Of a DNA stretch of 64,000 bases, positions 1-14,154 are shown one piece after another; position 1 is the first letter of the stretch; every line of letters starts with the position of its first letter. The stretch is from Eledone cirrhosa. Lineage: Eukaryota. The stretch spans positions 5,580,001 to 5,644,000 of the forward strand of contig OZ024748.1 in NCBI GenBank assembly GCA_964016885.1, in the 5' to 3' direction. A program made the position numbers and the translations under genes. Under the pieces are notes generated by a model, which saw only the letters and a program-made list of their open reading frames with translations, made no database searches and had not been told where the DNA came from.

Positions 1-114
1 AGTCATCAATCATATATTCTTACACTAAATTTACACATAGATATACACACACACATACACAGCCATACATACACAAACATACACACACAGACGCAGCCGT
101 ACACACACACACAC

Positions 115-166
<52 letters not shown>

Positions 167-767
167 ACACTCTCATACACTTTCACCCACATATATTCAC
201 ACTCACACACACAACTCACACACATACACACATTCACTGGCAAACACGCACACACAGGCAGACACACACATCTACGCGCTAGCTCACACACATACAGACA
301 TATAAATATAATCTCGCCACCTCCACAAAGAAGTTGCATGCATATATTTGCATATTTACAATACTAAAGTGAGAAAGAGATAGCGATAGAGAGCGAGCGG
401 GGGAAAAGAGGGAGTAGGAAGGACAGGGATACGAAGAGAGAGCGCGAGAGAGGGAGAGAGAGGGATAGATGAGAGAGAGGGTGAGAGAGAGATTCTAGCA
501 AATTCATTTCAAGGCCATGTAAGACATTAGAATCTTTGCTCTGATCTGATCTTCCATCTGTCATATATCTATTTCATATTCTCTTTGTTCTATTTAATTT
601 CTTTCTTCTCTCTCACTCTATTAACTCTTTTCTAATCCAATCTTCTTTTCTTTCTTTTATTCCTTTCTTAATACCAAGATATCATATATTGTCCGATATT
701 CTTTACTTCTTTGTCAGTCTGTTGTTATGTTGTTTTTGATTGTGTTGCTGTTGTCATTGTTGTTGTT

Positions 768-795
768 GAAGAAAACGACGACGAAGATGATGATA

Positions 796-837
<42 letters not shown>

Positions 838-942
838 TTGATGATCAGGAAGAGGAGAAGGGAGAGGAAAATAATGATGATGATGATGATGATGATGATC
901 GGGAGGATGAGGAGGAGATTGATAATGATCATGATGATGATG
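768..942. repeat. (GAT)n / GAG-rich trinucleotide low-complexity tract
   Basis: Long gatgatgat runs; source of the poly-D, poly-M and poly-I ORFs at 711-1022. Confidence 0.9.
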
Positions 943-1022
943 CTATTGTTTTAGACCTACTACATTTAAAACAATTTCCTTTGTATTCGGAAAAAGAAAA
1001 AAATAAGCATATATGCTTATAG

Positions 1023-1768
1023 CTTTCACAGACGATCCCAGACCACGAGACTTGCATATACGTGCTGACCCTGACATAACCCCTCAAGCTTTCATACACC
1101 CTTCAGACACTCTATTACCCTATCAGACAGTCACAGACATGCAGAGTCCCTCCCAAACATCTAATACAGTCACAGACATGGACAGTCCCTCCCAAACCTC
1201 TGATACAGTCACAGACATGCAGAGTCCCTCCCAAACCTCTGATACAGTCACAGACATGGACAGTCCCTCCCAAACCTCTGATACAGTCACAGATATGGAC
1301 AGTCCCTCCCAAACCTCTGATACAGTCACAGACATGGACAGTCCCACTCAAACCTCTGATACAGTCACAGACATGGACAGTCCCACTCAAACCTCTGATA
1401 CAGTCACAGACATGGACAGTCCCTCCCAAACCTCTGATACAGTCACAGACATGGACAGTCCCACTCAAACTTCTGATACAGTCACAGACATGGACAGTCC
1501 CACTCAAACCTCTGAGACAGTCACAGACATGGACAGTCCCACCAAAACCCCTGATACAGTCACAGATACGCAGAGTCCCTCCCAAACCTCTGATACAGTC
1601 ACAGACATGGACAGTCCCTCCCAAACCTCTGATACAGTCACAGACATGGACAGTCCCACTCAAACCTCTAATACAGTCACAGACACGCAGAGTCCCTCCC
1701 AAACCTCTAATACAGTCACAGACATTCACAGTCCATCGCCAACCTCTGAGATATTCGTAGACACATAG
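1023..1768 (+). CDS. Candidate exon encoding an acidic Thr/Ser/Asp-rich mucin-like 13-aa repeat (TVTDMDSPSQTSD)
   Basis: Possible acceptor ttatag at 1017-1022; open frame through 16 units of 39 bp; variants are whole-codon or synonymous (GAC/CAG, TCC/ACT, GAC/GAT). No homology recognised; it could be a non-coding minisatellite. Confidence 0.45.
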
Positions 1769-1800
1769 AACCCCTCGCAAATCTTCTGACATATTCACAG
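1127..1800. repeat. 39-bp tandem minisatellite, 16 good units plus about 2 degenerate
   Basis: acagtcacagacatggacagtccctcccaaacctctgat recurs at 39-bp intervals. Confidence 0.95.
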
Positions 1801-2807
1801 GTATACAGAGACTGAAGAGATCACCGTTATTGATTTTATCTAAAACTCTTGTATATCCATATTTGCATTAATTGGTACTGATGTATATTAAAGAAATATT
1901 GGTAAAACAAAAGAGAAGTAGAACACTATGGAACACTATGGATCGGCTTGCTTTTCTTCACTCTAAAGACTCTAGTAAGTCTAGCAAAGGTAACGAGAGA
2001 AGAAATATCTTAAACATGTTGGCTTGGATAGATATGTTGAAACATTTTGTCTAGCATAGAAGCCTACAGACATTTGAGAAATATAAGTATATTAGGATCA
2101 GCTTTTCAGTTTCTTGAAACGTTTATATTTGTAAGAAATTATGTAAATCGAAAGCTGCGACAATGCGAAAGGTGTGGTACAATTTAAGGTAAAAGATGGC
2201 TGTGGTGAAGGTTGTATTTCTAGATATGGTTGTAGTAAAATATATGGTTGTGGTAGTAGTGGTGTGGTTTGTTGTGATGAAGGTTTTCTAATTGTCTTGC
2301 TAATAAGATATATAGTGGTGGTGGGCGCTGCGGTGATGGTGGTGGTATTGGTGGCGGTGTGAGTGATGGTGGTGGTGGTCGTGGTGGTATTGCTGAGAGT
2401 GTTGCTGATGATAAAGGTTGTTTTCTCAGTTTTAGGTTTAGTGTAATATGGGTTTCTTTCGAGTTGAATAACGTACACCATAAAACAAACAATTATAGAT
2501 TAAATAAATAAATATTTCAAAAAAAAACATAGAGAAAGAAACAAAATATATAAATAAATCAATAAATAAATGAAAAATAATATCGCACAAAAATAAAGAC
2601 CTCGAAAACCCTGTCAGAAACAAAGAAATTGATGCTTAATTACATAGAATCAAATTCCTTAGCAATGTCTGTGTGAAGTAATACCAAGATGGCGTCACAA
2701 ATTTGTTACACAACGTCGTTTCAGACTATCGTTAGAATTTCAGCAATACCGAAAAATCTAATTACTGAATTATATGCATGCACCGAATATATGAATATAT
2801 GTTTGTT

Positions 2808-2952
<145 letters not shown>

Positions 2953-2966
2953 GTATATATACATAC

Positions 2967-3005
<39 letters not shown>

Positions 3006-3090
3006 CGTATATATATATATATATATACGAATATATATATATAAATATATATATACATATATATATATGCATATATATAGACACACACAT

Positions 3091-3184
<94 letters not shown>

Positions 3185-3513
3185 ATGTGTGTGTAAGTAT
3201 GTGTGTATGTGTCGATGGATAATTTGTTGGATTGTTGGATGGGTATATGTATTTGTGTTTGTGTGTTTGTACACACACACACACACACACATATATATAC
3301 ACTATATATTTATCTGTGTGGGTGTGTTTTACATATATGTATATTTATACCTACATACATACATATAATAGACCTCCATATATACACGTATATGATATAT
3401 ACACATATGTATATATGTATATATGTATATATGTATAACTGAATGTTTATATTTGCCTCTGTGAATATATGTGTATCAGACTAACCATTTCTGGCTGTGT
3501 GTGTGGGTGTGTG

Positions 3514-3617
<104 letters not shown>

Positions 3618-4242
3618 TGTGAGTTTGTCTGTCCATACAGAAACACACACATATTTCATATCATAATATTTCAATCTCTGCTAGATCGAATATGTGTGTA
3701 GAAAGAGATGTCCCCATATATATTCATTAAGTAATTTTGACAGAGAAAGATGAAATAACTTCATATGATGAATCATGAATATAAATCATACTATATGAAT
3801 CTTTATGTATTCAAGCCGGATTCGAAACTGGTCTGGAGTCTATAATTAATGATGTAATAGTTTCTTTTGTCAACTTCTACAGATTTCCTATGGCATTAAT
3901 TCTTTCAGTAAGGTATATTTTCCGTGAAGATTTAGCTCTGAATTCTAACATTCTACGTAGTGTATCCCAAGTCAAGCAATAGTAATTATTAAACCCCCGG
4001 TTATCTAAAAGGTAACTTATATTAGTGTATGTTGTTTAGTGTCTCTTCTAGGGGCACAATTGCCTCTCATCTCATCTAATATTATGTAGACAAACTAGAA
4101 ATATTTACTGGACATATAAAATCATGATCTTCATAAAACGATTCACTATTTCTAAAAGAATAAATATATTTAAAAATTATTTAAATTTGTGTTTCCTGTT
4201 AAATAATACTTAAAGCAAGGTACAAAACACTGTTAAAAAAAA

Positions 4243-4322
4243 TTGGATCGTTAAGTATGAAATTTGTAGATATTCGTATAAAAGAAAACAAATTTCTACA
4301 AATTTCATACTTGATGACCCAA
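4243..4322. mobile_element. 80-bp MITE-like hairpin, possibly mariner-derived
   Basis: Arms of about 32 bp, ttggatcgttaagtatgaaatttgtaga / tctacaaatttcatacttgatgacccaa, with an 18-bp perfect core. Confidence 0.5.
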
Positions 4323-4692
4323 TGTATATATTTTTGAATAACTTCCTTCGTATTTATGTTTGTGTGTAGATGGTCGGAGTGGTCTTTAGAGCGTCGAATA
4401 AAACCATTGCAATATTTGTTTGTCCCAGTTGAATGCTCTGTGTGTTTAAATCACGCCAGAATCATCCACTTTGCATTTCATCCCATGAATGTTTATAAAG
4501 AAAGGACTAGTCCAGAGTTGGTGTAAATCTTGTGTTACATCCCGGATATTCCATTTCGTCATGGGTGAAAGGGCAGAGAGAGAGAGTGTGTGTATATGTT
4601 TTAACTACATGGGTATTAACAATTATTACAAATGTATAGTTGATTCGATACCAACCATCATCATTTGCAAGTGAGGCACGTCGTCTCAGTGA

Positions 4693-5063
<371 letters not shown>

Positions 5064-5455
5064 TCGTGCCTCAAAAAAATTAGCCCTCATCAATATTCAA
5101 ATGGATGTTTTATTTTATTTTTAAAAATATGCGTTTGTTTATATTTTCTAAATGAACGAGTGTGTGTGCGAGTGTGTGTATGAGTACGTGTCTGAGTGCA
5201 TATGATTGTGTTTGTCTCTGTGTATGGTTGATTGTGTGAATGTGTGTGGTTGCATGTGCGAGTGAGTACCTATGTGTGTGTGTGTCTGTGTGCGCCTATA
5301 TGTGTGTGTGTGTGTGTGTGAATTAGAGAAATTTATTCGTTTATTTATTTAATTAATCTTAATATTTTCACTGATACATTGAATTACTCAACCCTGTAAA
5401 ACCAACGATGTGATTTCAAGATTTAGCGCCAAATAAATTTCAAATTATATATATA

Positions 5456-5486
<31 letters not shown>

Positions 5487-5523
5487 ATGTATGTATGTAT
5501 GTCTGTATGTATGTATATGTGTT

Positions 5524-5566
<43 letters not shown>

Positions 5567-5569
5567 ACA

Positions 5570-6380
5570 TAAGGTGGATGTATGGCTGGCCATGGTGAGC
5601 ATGTATGTTATTGTTTTACTGGTTTGAGTCATTGTACAAGGTCAATGCTGGAGGACGCATTTAAGGAGTTTTTGTGAAGTATTATATAAATTCTAGTTTT
5701 CTTTTCATTTTTTGTTTATTTTGACCTCATTTTACCGCCCTCATAAGAAGACAAAAGCAACTTCGATGTGTGGTGTGTGTAAAGGGAGGTAATATGCAAC
5801 TAATATAATACCAATATGGATTCCCAGATTTGGGGCAAACTTATACTATTGTAATAGCTCCATAGTCTATAGTTAATGTTAGTCTTTGTTTTATTATTTT
5901 GCTATTGTAATGTTTTAACGCGTACGGGTTTATCTAATGCTGCTAAATTGAGAACTTTTGTTTTAGGTCAAAGTTTGAGTTTTTTGCTATTTTAGTATTA
6001 TTTTTATATCATATCAATTTTCTGCATCGAATCTTGCAAAATATTGATCATAGGGTAACATTTTCTTCATTTTTCATTCTTTATAATTTTTTAGACATAT
6101 ACGCTATAATTATGCCCCCTTTTAACCTCTTCTGGTGTTTTGTACTAATATGAACCCTTTTATTCAGTAAAATTAGCTTCTAGTTTGTACTTTAGTGTTT
6201 ACTTCTATTTAGAGAAAGAAAAATTTATTTATAAGGTTTATTTATTGTTTGTTTTATTGCAATAATCTGTTCCCCTTTGTTTACATATAACATTGGTTGT
6301 GCATTAGTTTTTTTTATTAAAGCTTTCTATTTGTTTCAAAACCATCTTACCCATATTACCCATGTATAGAACGTATATCG
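5570..6380 (-). pseudogene. Highly decayed Penelope-like element RT/GIY-YIG coding remnant
   Basis: Minus-strand fragments across frameshifts and stops occur in PLE order: LYMGNM, PMLY..IIAI, INFL, TPEEVKRGII, EN*Y (NGY-like), TSKTITYMLT..GQPYI (GIY-YIG-like). Confidence 0.4.
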
Positions 6381-6418
6381 TATCTATATCAGTTTTATAT
6401 ATATATATATATATATAT

Positions 6419-6991
6419 TTCATTTCTGAATTTGTTTAGCAAGATTCTTTATCTGAAATCGTGTGTTGAAACCGATATTGTTATACTTTGGGAGGGTCAT
6501 GTTGCCAATAAGAAACACACGCACCAGTTGCTTTCACTTCAATTTAATTTAATATATATTTATAAATTTACAAATTTATAAATTTCTGGTTGGTTGGTTG
6601 GTTCCACAACCAGATAGTTGTTTATATATATATAGTCATAGTTCTTTCGTCACACACTCTGTGACCTCTTCAGTGACTGGGGATTTCTTTCTTCGTTTCT
6701 GTGCCTTTCCTTTCTTCTATCCTACGCCATTTTGTTTCAAAATGGCGTAGGATAGAAGAAAGGAAAGGCACAGAAACGAAGAAAGAAATCCCCAGTCACT
6801 GAAGAGGTCACAGAGTGTGTGACGAAAGAACTATGACTATATATATATATAAACAACTATCTGGTTGTGGAACCAACCAACCAACCAGAAATTTATAAAT
6901 TTGTAAATTTATAAATATATATTAAATTAAATTGAAGTGAAAGCAACTGGTGCGTGTGTTTCTTATTGGCAACATGACCCTCCCAAAGTAT

Positions 6992-6999
<8 letters not shown>
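6419..6999. mobile_element. Family-B element: about 525-bp near-perfect palindrome flanked by (TA)n
   Basis: Arms 6475-6734 and 6738-6999 with a 3-nt loop; a further fragment lies at 7615-7679. Confidence 0.85.
6794..6838 (+). ncRNA. Type I hammerhead ribozyme-like motif (mirror copy at 6634-6678, minus strand)
   Basis: agtca-CTGAAGA-g-gtcaca/tgtgac-GAAA-gaac-TA-tgact: 5-bp stem I, 6-bp stem II, minimal stem III, CUA triplet. Confidence 0.6.
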
Positions 7000-7027
<28 letters not shown>

Positions 7028-7295
7028 GATATTAACAAATGGAAACTATATTTATAAAACCATATTTATTTCATTATACATATTTCAAGGACACCAAGTT
7101 AAATTATTGTGTGCTTTCATCAGATAAAATATAATATAGAGCAGTTTTATAAATAAATAAATATTGACATACCCTTAAAGAATGCGACCATTACTGTTGA
7201 GAGTGCGTTATAAATTTAATTATACTATTATGTAAATTAGTATTGGATATTTTTAAATGAGAGTAGATTTAAATAAGCCGTTGGGTTACGGAGAA

Positions 7296-7388
<93 letters not shown>

Positions 7389-7578
7389 CAAGAGAGAGAA
7401 AAAGAGAGATATATAAAAAAAGAGAAAAAAGAGCGAACCTTTAAGAAGAAAATAAGAAAAAAGTGAGAGAGAGGAAAAGGAAAGAGAAAGCGAAAGCTCT
7501 AAGTGATTATTTGTTGAGTGCTTTATATCAGTTATAAACATATTTGCTTGCTATATCCCAACAATTTAAATAGAACTT

Positions 7579-7610
<32 letters not shown>

Positions 7611-7614
7611 CGTT

Positions 7615-7673
7615 TGAAGTGAAATCAACTGGTGCGTGTGTTTCTTATTGGCAACATGACCCTCCCAAAGTAT

Positions 7674-7679
<6 letters not shown>
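7615..7679 (+). mobile_element. Family-B fragment between (TA)n tracts
   Basis: Near-identical to 6933-6999. Confidence 0.8.
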
Positions 7680-7752
<73 letters not shown>

Positions 7753-7755
<3 letters not shown>

Positions 7756-7963
7756 GTGGAACACTGGAAGGTAATATCCGTAGTGGTAGAGCACTCAGTC
7801 CATGGGACGAGTTAGGTAGAAGTGGTTACACAACAGTTAGTTCACCATACCGAGAACAATTGTTTCACCTTAGCGGATCCTCAGCTCGGAATGGGCATGG
7901 TTATAAGAACAGGAAGGACAACTGTACGGTGAACTATGGTGAACTATTGTGTAACCACTTCTA
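7753..7963 (-). mobile_element. Family-C (TA)n-inserted element with hammerhead and short fold-back
   Basis: Flanked by TA; inverted segments 7817-7849 / 7935-7963. Confidence 0.65.
7850..7889 (-). ncRNA. Minimal type I hammerhead ribozyme with intact core
   Basis: Minus strand reads ccgag-CTGAGGA-tcc gctaa ggt-GAAAC-AATT-GTT-ctcgg: 5-bp stem I, palindromic AAUU loop 3, GUU cleavage triplet. Confidence 0.75.
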
Positions 7964-8546
7964 TATATATATTGTAAAAAGTATTGAATACATTTTTTTT
8001 TATGTCAAGACACATATTTTATTGGAACAAATAGTGTCCAAACACTTGTAGAAAAATCCTGAACCAATACATTTGTTTGTTTCTCGCCAGAGATACACAA
8101 ACACACACTCATACACACAAACATACACGCACCATACTCGGACACACTTACACACGGACAGACTCACACACGGACACACTCACACACATATGAGAGAGAA
8201 GTAGAGAGAACGAGAGACATTCAGATGCGTTACAGAAATACTTACTGACATAGTGAAGAAAAATTAAAGAAAAATATAATATACATGATATATATAGTAC
8301 TTTGTCACACACACACACACACACAAACATACACACTCACTCACACACATACACAGATTTCCTCTCTCTTTATTCATATATGTTTCTTTATCTCTCTAAT
8401 TTTACGCTATTACACTTTCTCTCATAATGTGTGTAAACATAAGGAAACGCACACACTCTCTCTCTCTCTCTCTCCCTCTCCTTCTCTCTCTATCTCTTTC
8501 TCCCTTTCTATCCATCTCTTTCTCTCTCTCTCTCTCACTCTCTCTC

Positions 8547-8583
<37 letters not shown>

Positions 8584-8744
8584 CTCTCTCTCTTTCTAAG
8601 CCTCTATTTCTATTCCTCCCTTTCTCCCACTTTATTTTGCTTCTTCACTTACTCTTTGTCCATATGTGTATGTATGTCACACTCTCCTAACTCACTCACA
8701 CATACTCCATCTCTCTCTCATTCTCTCTCCCTCTCTCTCTCTCA

Positions 8745-8783
<39 letters not shown>

Positions 8784-9374
8784 ATAAAAGAGAGATTGAA
8801 TATATATATTCAGTCTCTCCTTTTAATTTTACTCTTTTCAACATTCTCACTCCTACCATACGAGGCAAACATACACTACCAAATGGTCACACATTGTCTA
8901 TATATATTTATTCTGTCTCCCGTATACCCCTCTCTCTCTTTCATTCCGTCTTCCCCCACCCCCTGTCTCTCTCACACTTCCCATTCTCTCTCATTACGTC
9001 CTTCCTTCACTTTCTCTCTCACATGCTCTCACCAATCTCTCTCTCTACGCTCTCTCTCACCCCCTCTCTCGCTTTCACACTCTCTCAATCTTTCTCCCCC
9101 CCCCCCCCAATACTTTCAGTCTGTTAGCTTTTCATGACTCACTTATTTACTCTCTCTCTCTCTATCGCTCTCTCTCTCTCTCGATCTACCTATCTCTCTC
9201 TCTCCCGCTCTCACTATCATCTCATTATCACACCAAATCTTTCTCTCTCATTAATCTACACATTCACTTTCTATCTTCTTTTCTCTCTCAATTATTCTTG
9301 CTCACTCTCTTCCATCTCTCTCTCGACTTTGGTCTTTCTCTCCTTCTATCTCTCTCCGTGTCTAGCTGTCATTA

Positions 9375-9440
<66 letters not shown>

Positions 9441-9674
9441 GCACTCTCTCTCTCTCACACACACGCACTCTCTCTCTCTTCTCTTTCTATCAGCCATGGA
9501 GTTTCTCTCCTTCTTTCTTCCTCCGTCTCTCTCTATGTCTCTCTCTCTCTATCTCTCTATCTCTATCTCTATCTCTATCTCTCTTTCAGTTCTGGAAACT
9601 TCAAATAAATTTTTGATCAATATAGAATGAAAGGCAGTCGGAACACAAGGGAATTCCTAAAGTAATTGAGGCAA

Positions 9675-11300
9675 CACCACCACCACCACCACCACTACCA
9701 CCCCCACTCCACCACCACCACCACCACCACAACCACTACCACCACCACCACAACTACCACCATCACCACCACCACAACCACTACCACCACCACCACAACC
9801 ACTACCACCACCACCACCACCACCGCCACCACCACCACGACCACCACCACGACCACCACCACTACCACCACCACCACGACCACCACGACCACCACGACCA
9901 CCACCACGACCACCACGACGACCACCACCACCACCACCACCACCACCACCACCACCACCACCACCACCACCACCACCACCACTCCTACCTCTATAACCAC
10001 TAATACAACCACTATCACCATCATTAATACAGACATCACTCTCACCATAACGTAGACACCACCACAACCCCCATCAACAATACCCACACCTCTAAAGCCA
10101 TACTCACCACCACCACCACAACCCCCATCAACAGCACCCACACCTCTAAAGCCATACTCACCACCAACAACACTAATATTACCATCAATATAGCTTCCAA
10201 CACAACCATGACCATCCCCACAATCACTGCCACCAGAATACCTCACAGCACCACTAGCTCCAGTTCCATCAACACCAGCAACACCAGCACCACCATACCA
10301 CCACCACCACCACCACCACCACCACTACCATAGCCAACACCACAGCCATCACCACCACCAGTAACACAACACCACCAACATCACCAAAACCACAGCCAAC
10401 ACCACCATCACCACCACCACCACAGCCACAACCAACACCACAGTCAACACCACCAACACCACCATCACCATCACCACCACCACCACCACCACCACCACCA
10501 CCGCCACCAGCACCACAGCCAAAACCAACTCTATCCTGTGACGACCCACAATAACATCACAACACCATCCTGACACGATTTAAACCACCAACACAATCAA
10601 AACAACAACCAACATCACCACCAACACCACCAACATCACTACCAACACCAACACCAACACCAACACCAACACCACCAATAACACCCGCACCCCCACCCCC
10701 ACCAACACCCCCAACACCACCACCAACACCCCCATCAACACCACCAACACCAACACCAACACCAACACCAACACCATCACCAAGACCACCACCAACACCA
10801 CCACCAAGACCACCACCAACACCCACACCAACACCAACACCAACACCAACACCAACACCACCACCACGACCACAACGGCCACCAGGACCACCACCTCCAC
10901 CACCACCACCATAACAGCCTGTACTAGTGCCATTAACACCAAAATGTGTCACCAGCAATAGCAACTCTAATAGTACGTAGACCACATCTCACCGATTTCT
11001 GGAGTTACCTCACCACTACCAATACCACCCCCGCCCCCTCCACTACACCCCCACCACCACCAACACCCCTCCACTGTTACCTCACTACTAACACCACTAC
11101 ACCCCCACCAGCAGCAACACTAGCAACAGCACTATGACTAAGGTCATCACCACCATCATCATCATCACCACAACTAAGTACAAACATTCCACACCATTAC
11201 CACTACCACCAACACAGTATTGATTACTACAGTCACAACTAACACCATCGCTACCAACATCACTAACAGCACCACCACCACCATCGCTACCAACATCACC
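9675..11300. repeat. (ACC)n / (ACCAAC)n-rich low-complexity region
   Basis: Long accaccacc and caccaa runs, with a short internal duplication at about 10057-10165. Confidence 0.9.
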
Positions 11301-12640
11301 ACCAACACCATTGCAATCACTCACACCACCAACACCACCAACACCACCACCATTGCAATCCCTCACACCACCAACACCACCACCATTGCAATCACTCACA
11401 CCACCAACACCACCATTGCAATCACTCACACCACCAACACCACCACCATTGCAATCACTCACACCACCAACACCACCATTGCAATCACTCACACCACCAA
11501 CACCACCACCATTGCAATCACTCACACCACCAACACCACCATTGCAATCACTCACACCACCAACACCACCACCATTGCAATCACTCACACCACCAACACT
11601 ACTACCATTGCAATCACTCACACCACCAACACCACCATTGCAATCACTCACACCACCAACACCACCACCATTGCAATCACTCACACCACCAACACTACTA
11701 CCATTGCAATCACTCACACCACCAACACCACCATTGCAATCACTCACACCACCAACACCACCACCATTGCAATCACTCACACCACCAACACCACCATTGC
11801 AATCACTCACACCACCAACACCACCACCATTGCAATCACTCACACCACCAACACCACCACCATTGCAATCACTCACACCACCAACACCACCATTGCAATC
11901 ACTCACACCACCAACACCACCACCATTGCAATCACTCACACCACCAACACCACCATTGCAATCACTCACACCACCAACACCACCACCATTGCAATCACTC
12001 ACACCACCAACACCACCACCACCACCATTGCAATCACTCACACCAACACCACCACCATTGCAATCACTCACACCACCAACACCACCACCATTGCAATCAC
12101 TCACACCACCAACACCACCACCATTGCAATCACTCACACCACCAACACCACCATTGCAATCACTCACACCACCAACACCAACATTGCAATCACTCACACC
12201 ACCAACACCACCACCATTGCAATCACTCACACCACCAACACCACCATTGCAATCACTCACACCACCAACACCACCACCATTGCAATCACTCACACCACCA
12301 ACACCACCATTGCAATCACTCACACCACCAACACCACCATTGCAATCACTCACACCACTAACACCACCATTGCAATCACTCACACCACCAACACTACTAC
12401 CATTGCAATCACTCACACCACCAACACTACTACCATTGCAATCACTCACACCACCAACACCACCACCATTGCAATCACTCACACCACCAACACCACCATT
12501 GCAATCACTCACACCACCACCAACACCACCACCATTGCAATCACTCACACCACCAACACCACCATTGCAATCACTCACATCACCAACACCACCAACACCA
12601 CCAACACCACCACCCCCACCATTGCAATCACTCACATCAA
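11300..12640. repeat. 27/30-bp minisatellite (core cattgcaatcactcacaccaccaacacc), roughly 45 units
   Basis: Units differ by whole CAC triplets; open in two plus frames and one minus frame. Confidence 0.95.
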
Positions 12641-12939
12641 CACCACTACCACCAACACCACCACCACCACCACCACCACCACCACAATCACCCACCACCG
12701 CCACCATCATCATAACTACTGCTATAACGACAGTTCTTCATCCCGCCCGGAATGTAACACATTACAAGAGAGTGTTGGTGGTGAACTATCAGACGTTTTC
12801 CAGATCAAACGTCCACGATACTCGTATTGATTTTGTCAACTACAGACAGTGAAGCAGCCACTCAGCCAACACATACGACTGACACCCCATGTCATTGCTG
12901 GCTAGGTTGGATGAAGAAAATATAACATCATGGTGATGA

Positions 12940-12973
<34 letters not shown>

Positions 12974-13114
12974 GGCGATGTGTGTATAAGGTACTATGGA
13001 TGTTGTCATTTATTTTGTCTCACACACACACACACACACATACACATATATATATATATCTATTATATATATTCATATATACGTGTATATAAGTGTGTAC
13101 ATATGTGCGTATAT

Positions 13115-13179
<65 letters not shown>

Positions 13180-13299
13180 CACATACATATCTATATCTAT
13201 CTATCTATCTGTCTATCTATCAATATCATCAACACCGTATCTATCAATATATTCTATACATATATCATTCAATATATATATATATATATTGATATTGAT

Positions 13300-13660
13300 A
13301 TATATTGATAGATATAGCTATAGATATATCCATACATAGATATATATATAGATATAGATATATAGATATATAGATATATATAGATATAGCTATAGATATA
13401 TCCATACATAGATATATATAGATATAGATATATAGATATATAGATATATAGAGATATAGATATAGATATATCCATACATAGATATATATATATATAGATA
13501 TATAGATATATAGATATATATAGATATAGATATAGATATATCCATACATAGATATATATATATATAGATATATAGATATATAGATATATATAGATATAGA
13601 TATAGATATATCCATACATAGATATATATAGATATATAGATATATAGATATATAGATATA
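13300..13660. repeat. Compound (GATATA)n satellite with a recurring tccatacata anchor
   Basis: gatatatccatacatagatatatata recurs about every 70 bp. Confidence 0.85.
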
Positions 13661-14154
13661 TAAATGTAAATAGTGTTTATGTTGTTAATATTGTTGTGTT
13701 GGAGGCATTAAAGGAGGATACGTCAGTGACGTTGTTGGATGCACTTTCAGTGTTGCGGAAGAATGTTAGGCAATAGAGTTTAGAGTGTTGGTCACGTTAG
13801 TTAAGTAGGCTTCAGGGTGTAGCACTTGTCGTACCCGAGAGTGGGAGCTGTAACGCCAACATAATGGAATTTACGTAACATAGCAATCCTCTATAATTTA
13901 CGTATTGCTTTCTGTATTGTCTTTCACTAAATGAGATAGGGTCGAGTGCGTATTTACATACAAGTACACATATACACGAAGACACACGCAAACGCACACA
14001 GACACGCAAACACACAAACACGCGGACATGTGTATAGATTTATATATAAAGTACACAAATACACACACACATACACTCATACACTCACATATGTATATAT
14101 GTATATAGACACACACACATATATATATATATATATATTTATGAGTGTGTGTGA

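Noticed and set aside
1115-1798. Minus-strand Cys-rich repeat ORF
   Set aside because: Most simply the shadow frame of the 39-bp array.
1812-1856. CTGAAGA...taaaac...gta as a hammerhead
   Set aside because: G12 is missing and there is no stem I complementarity.
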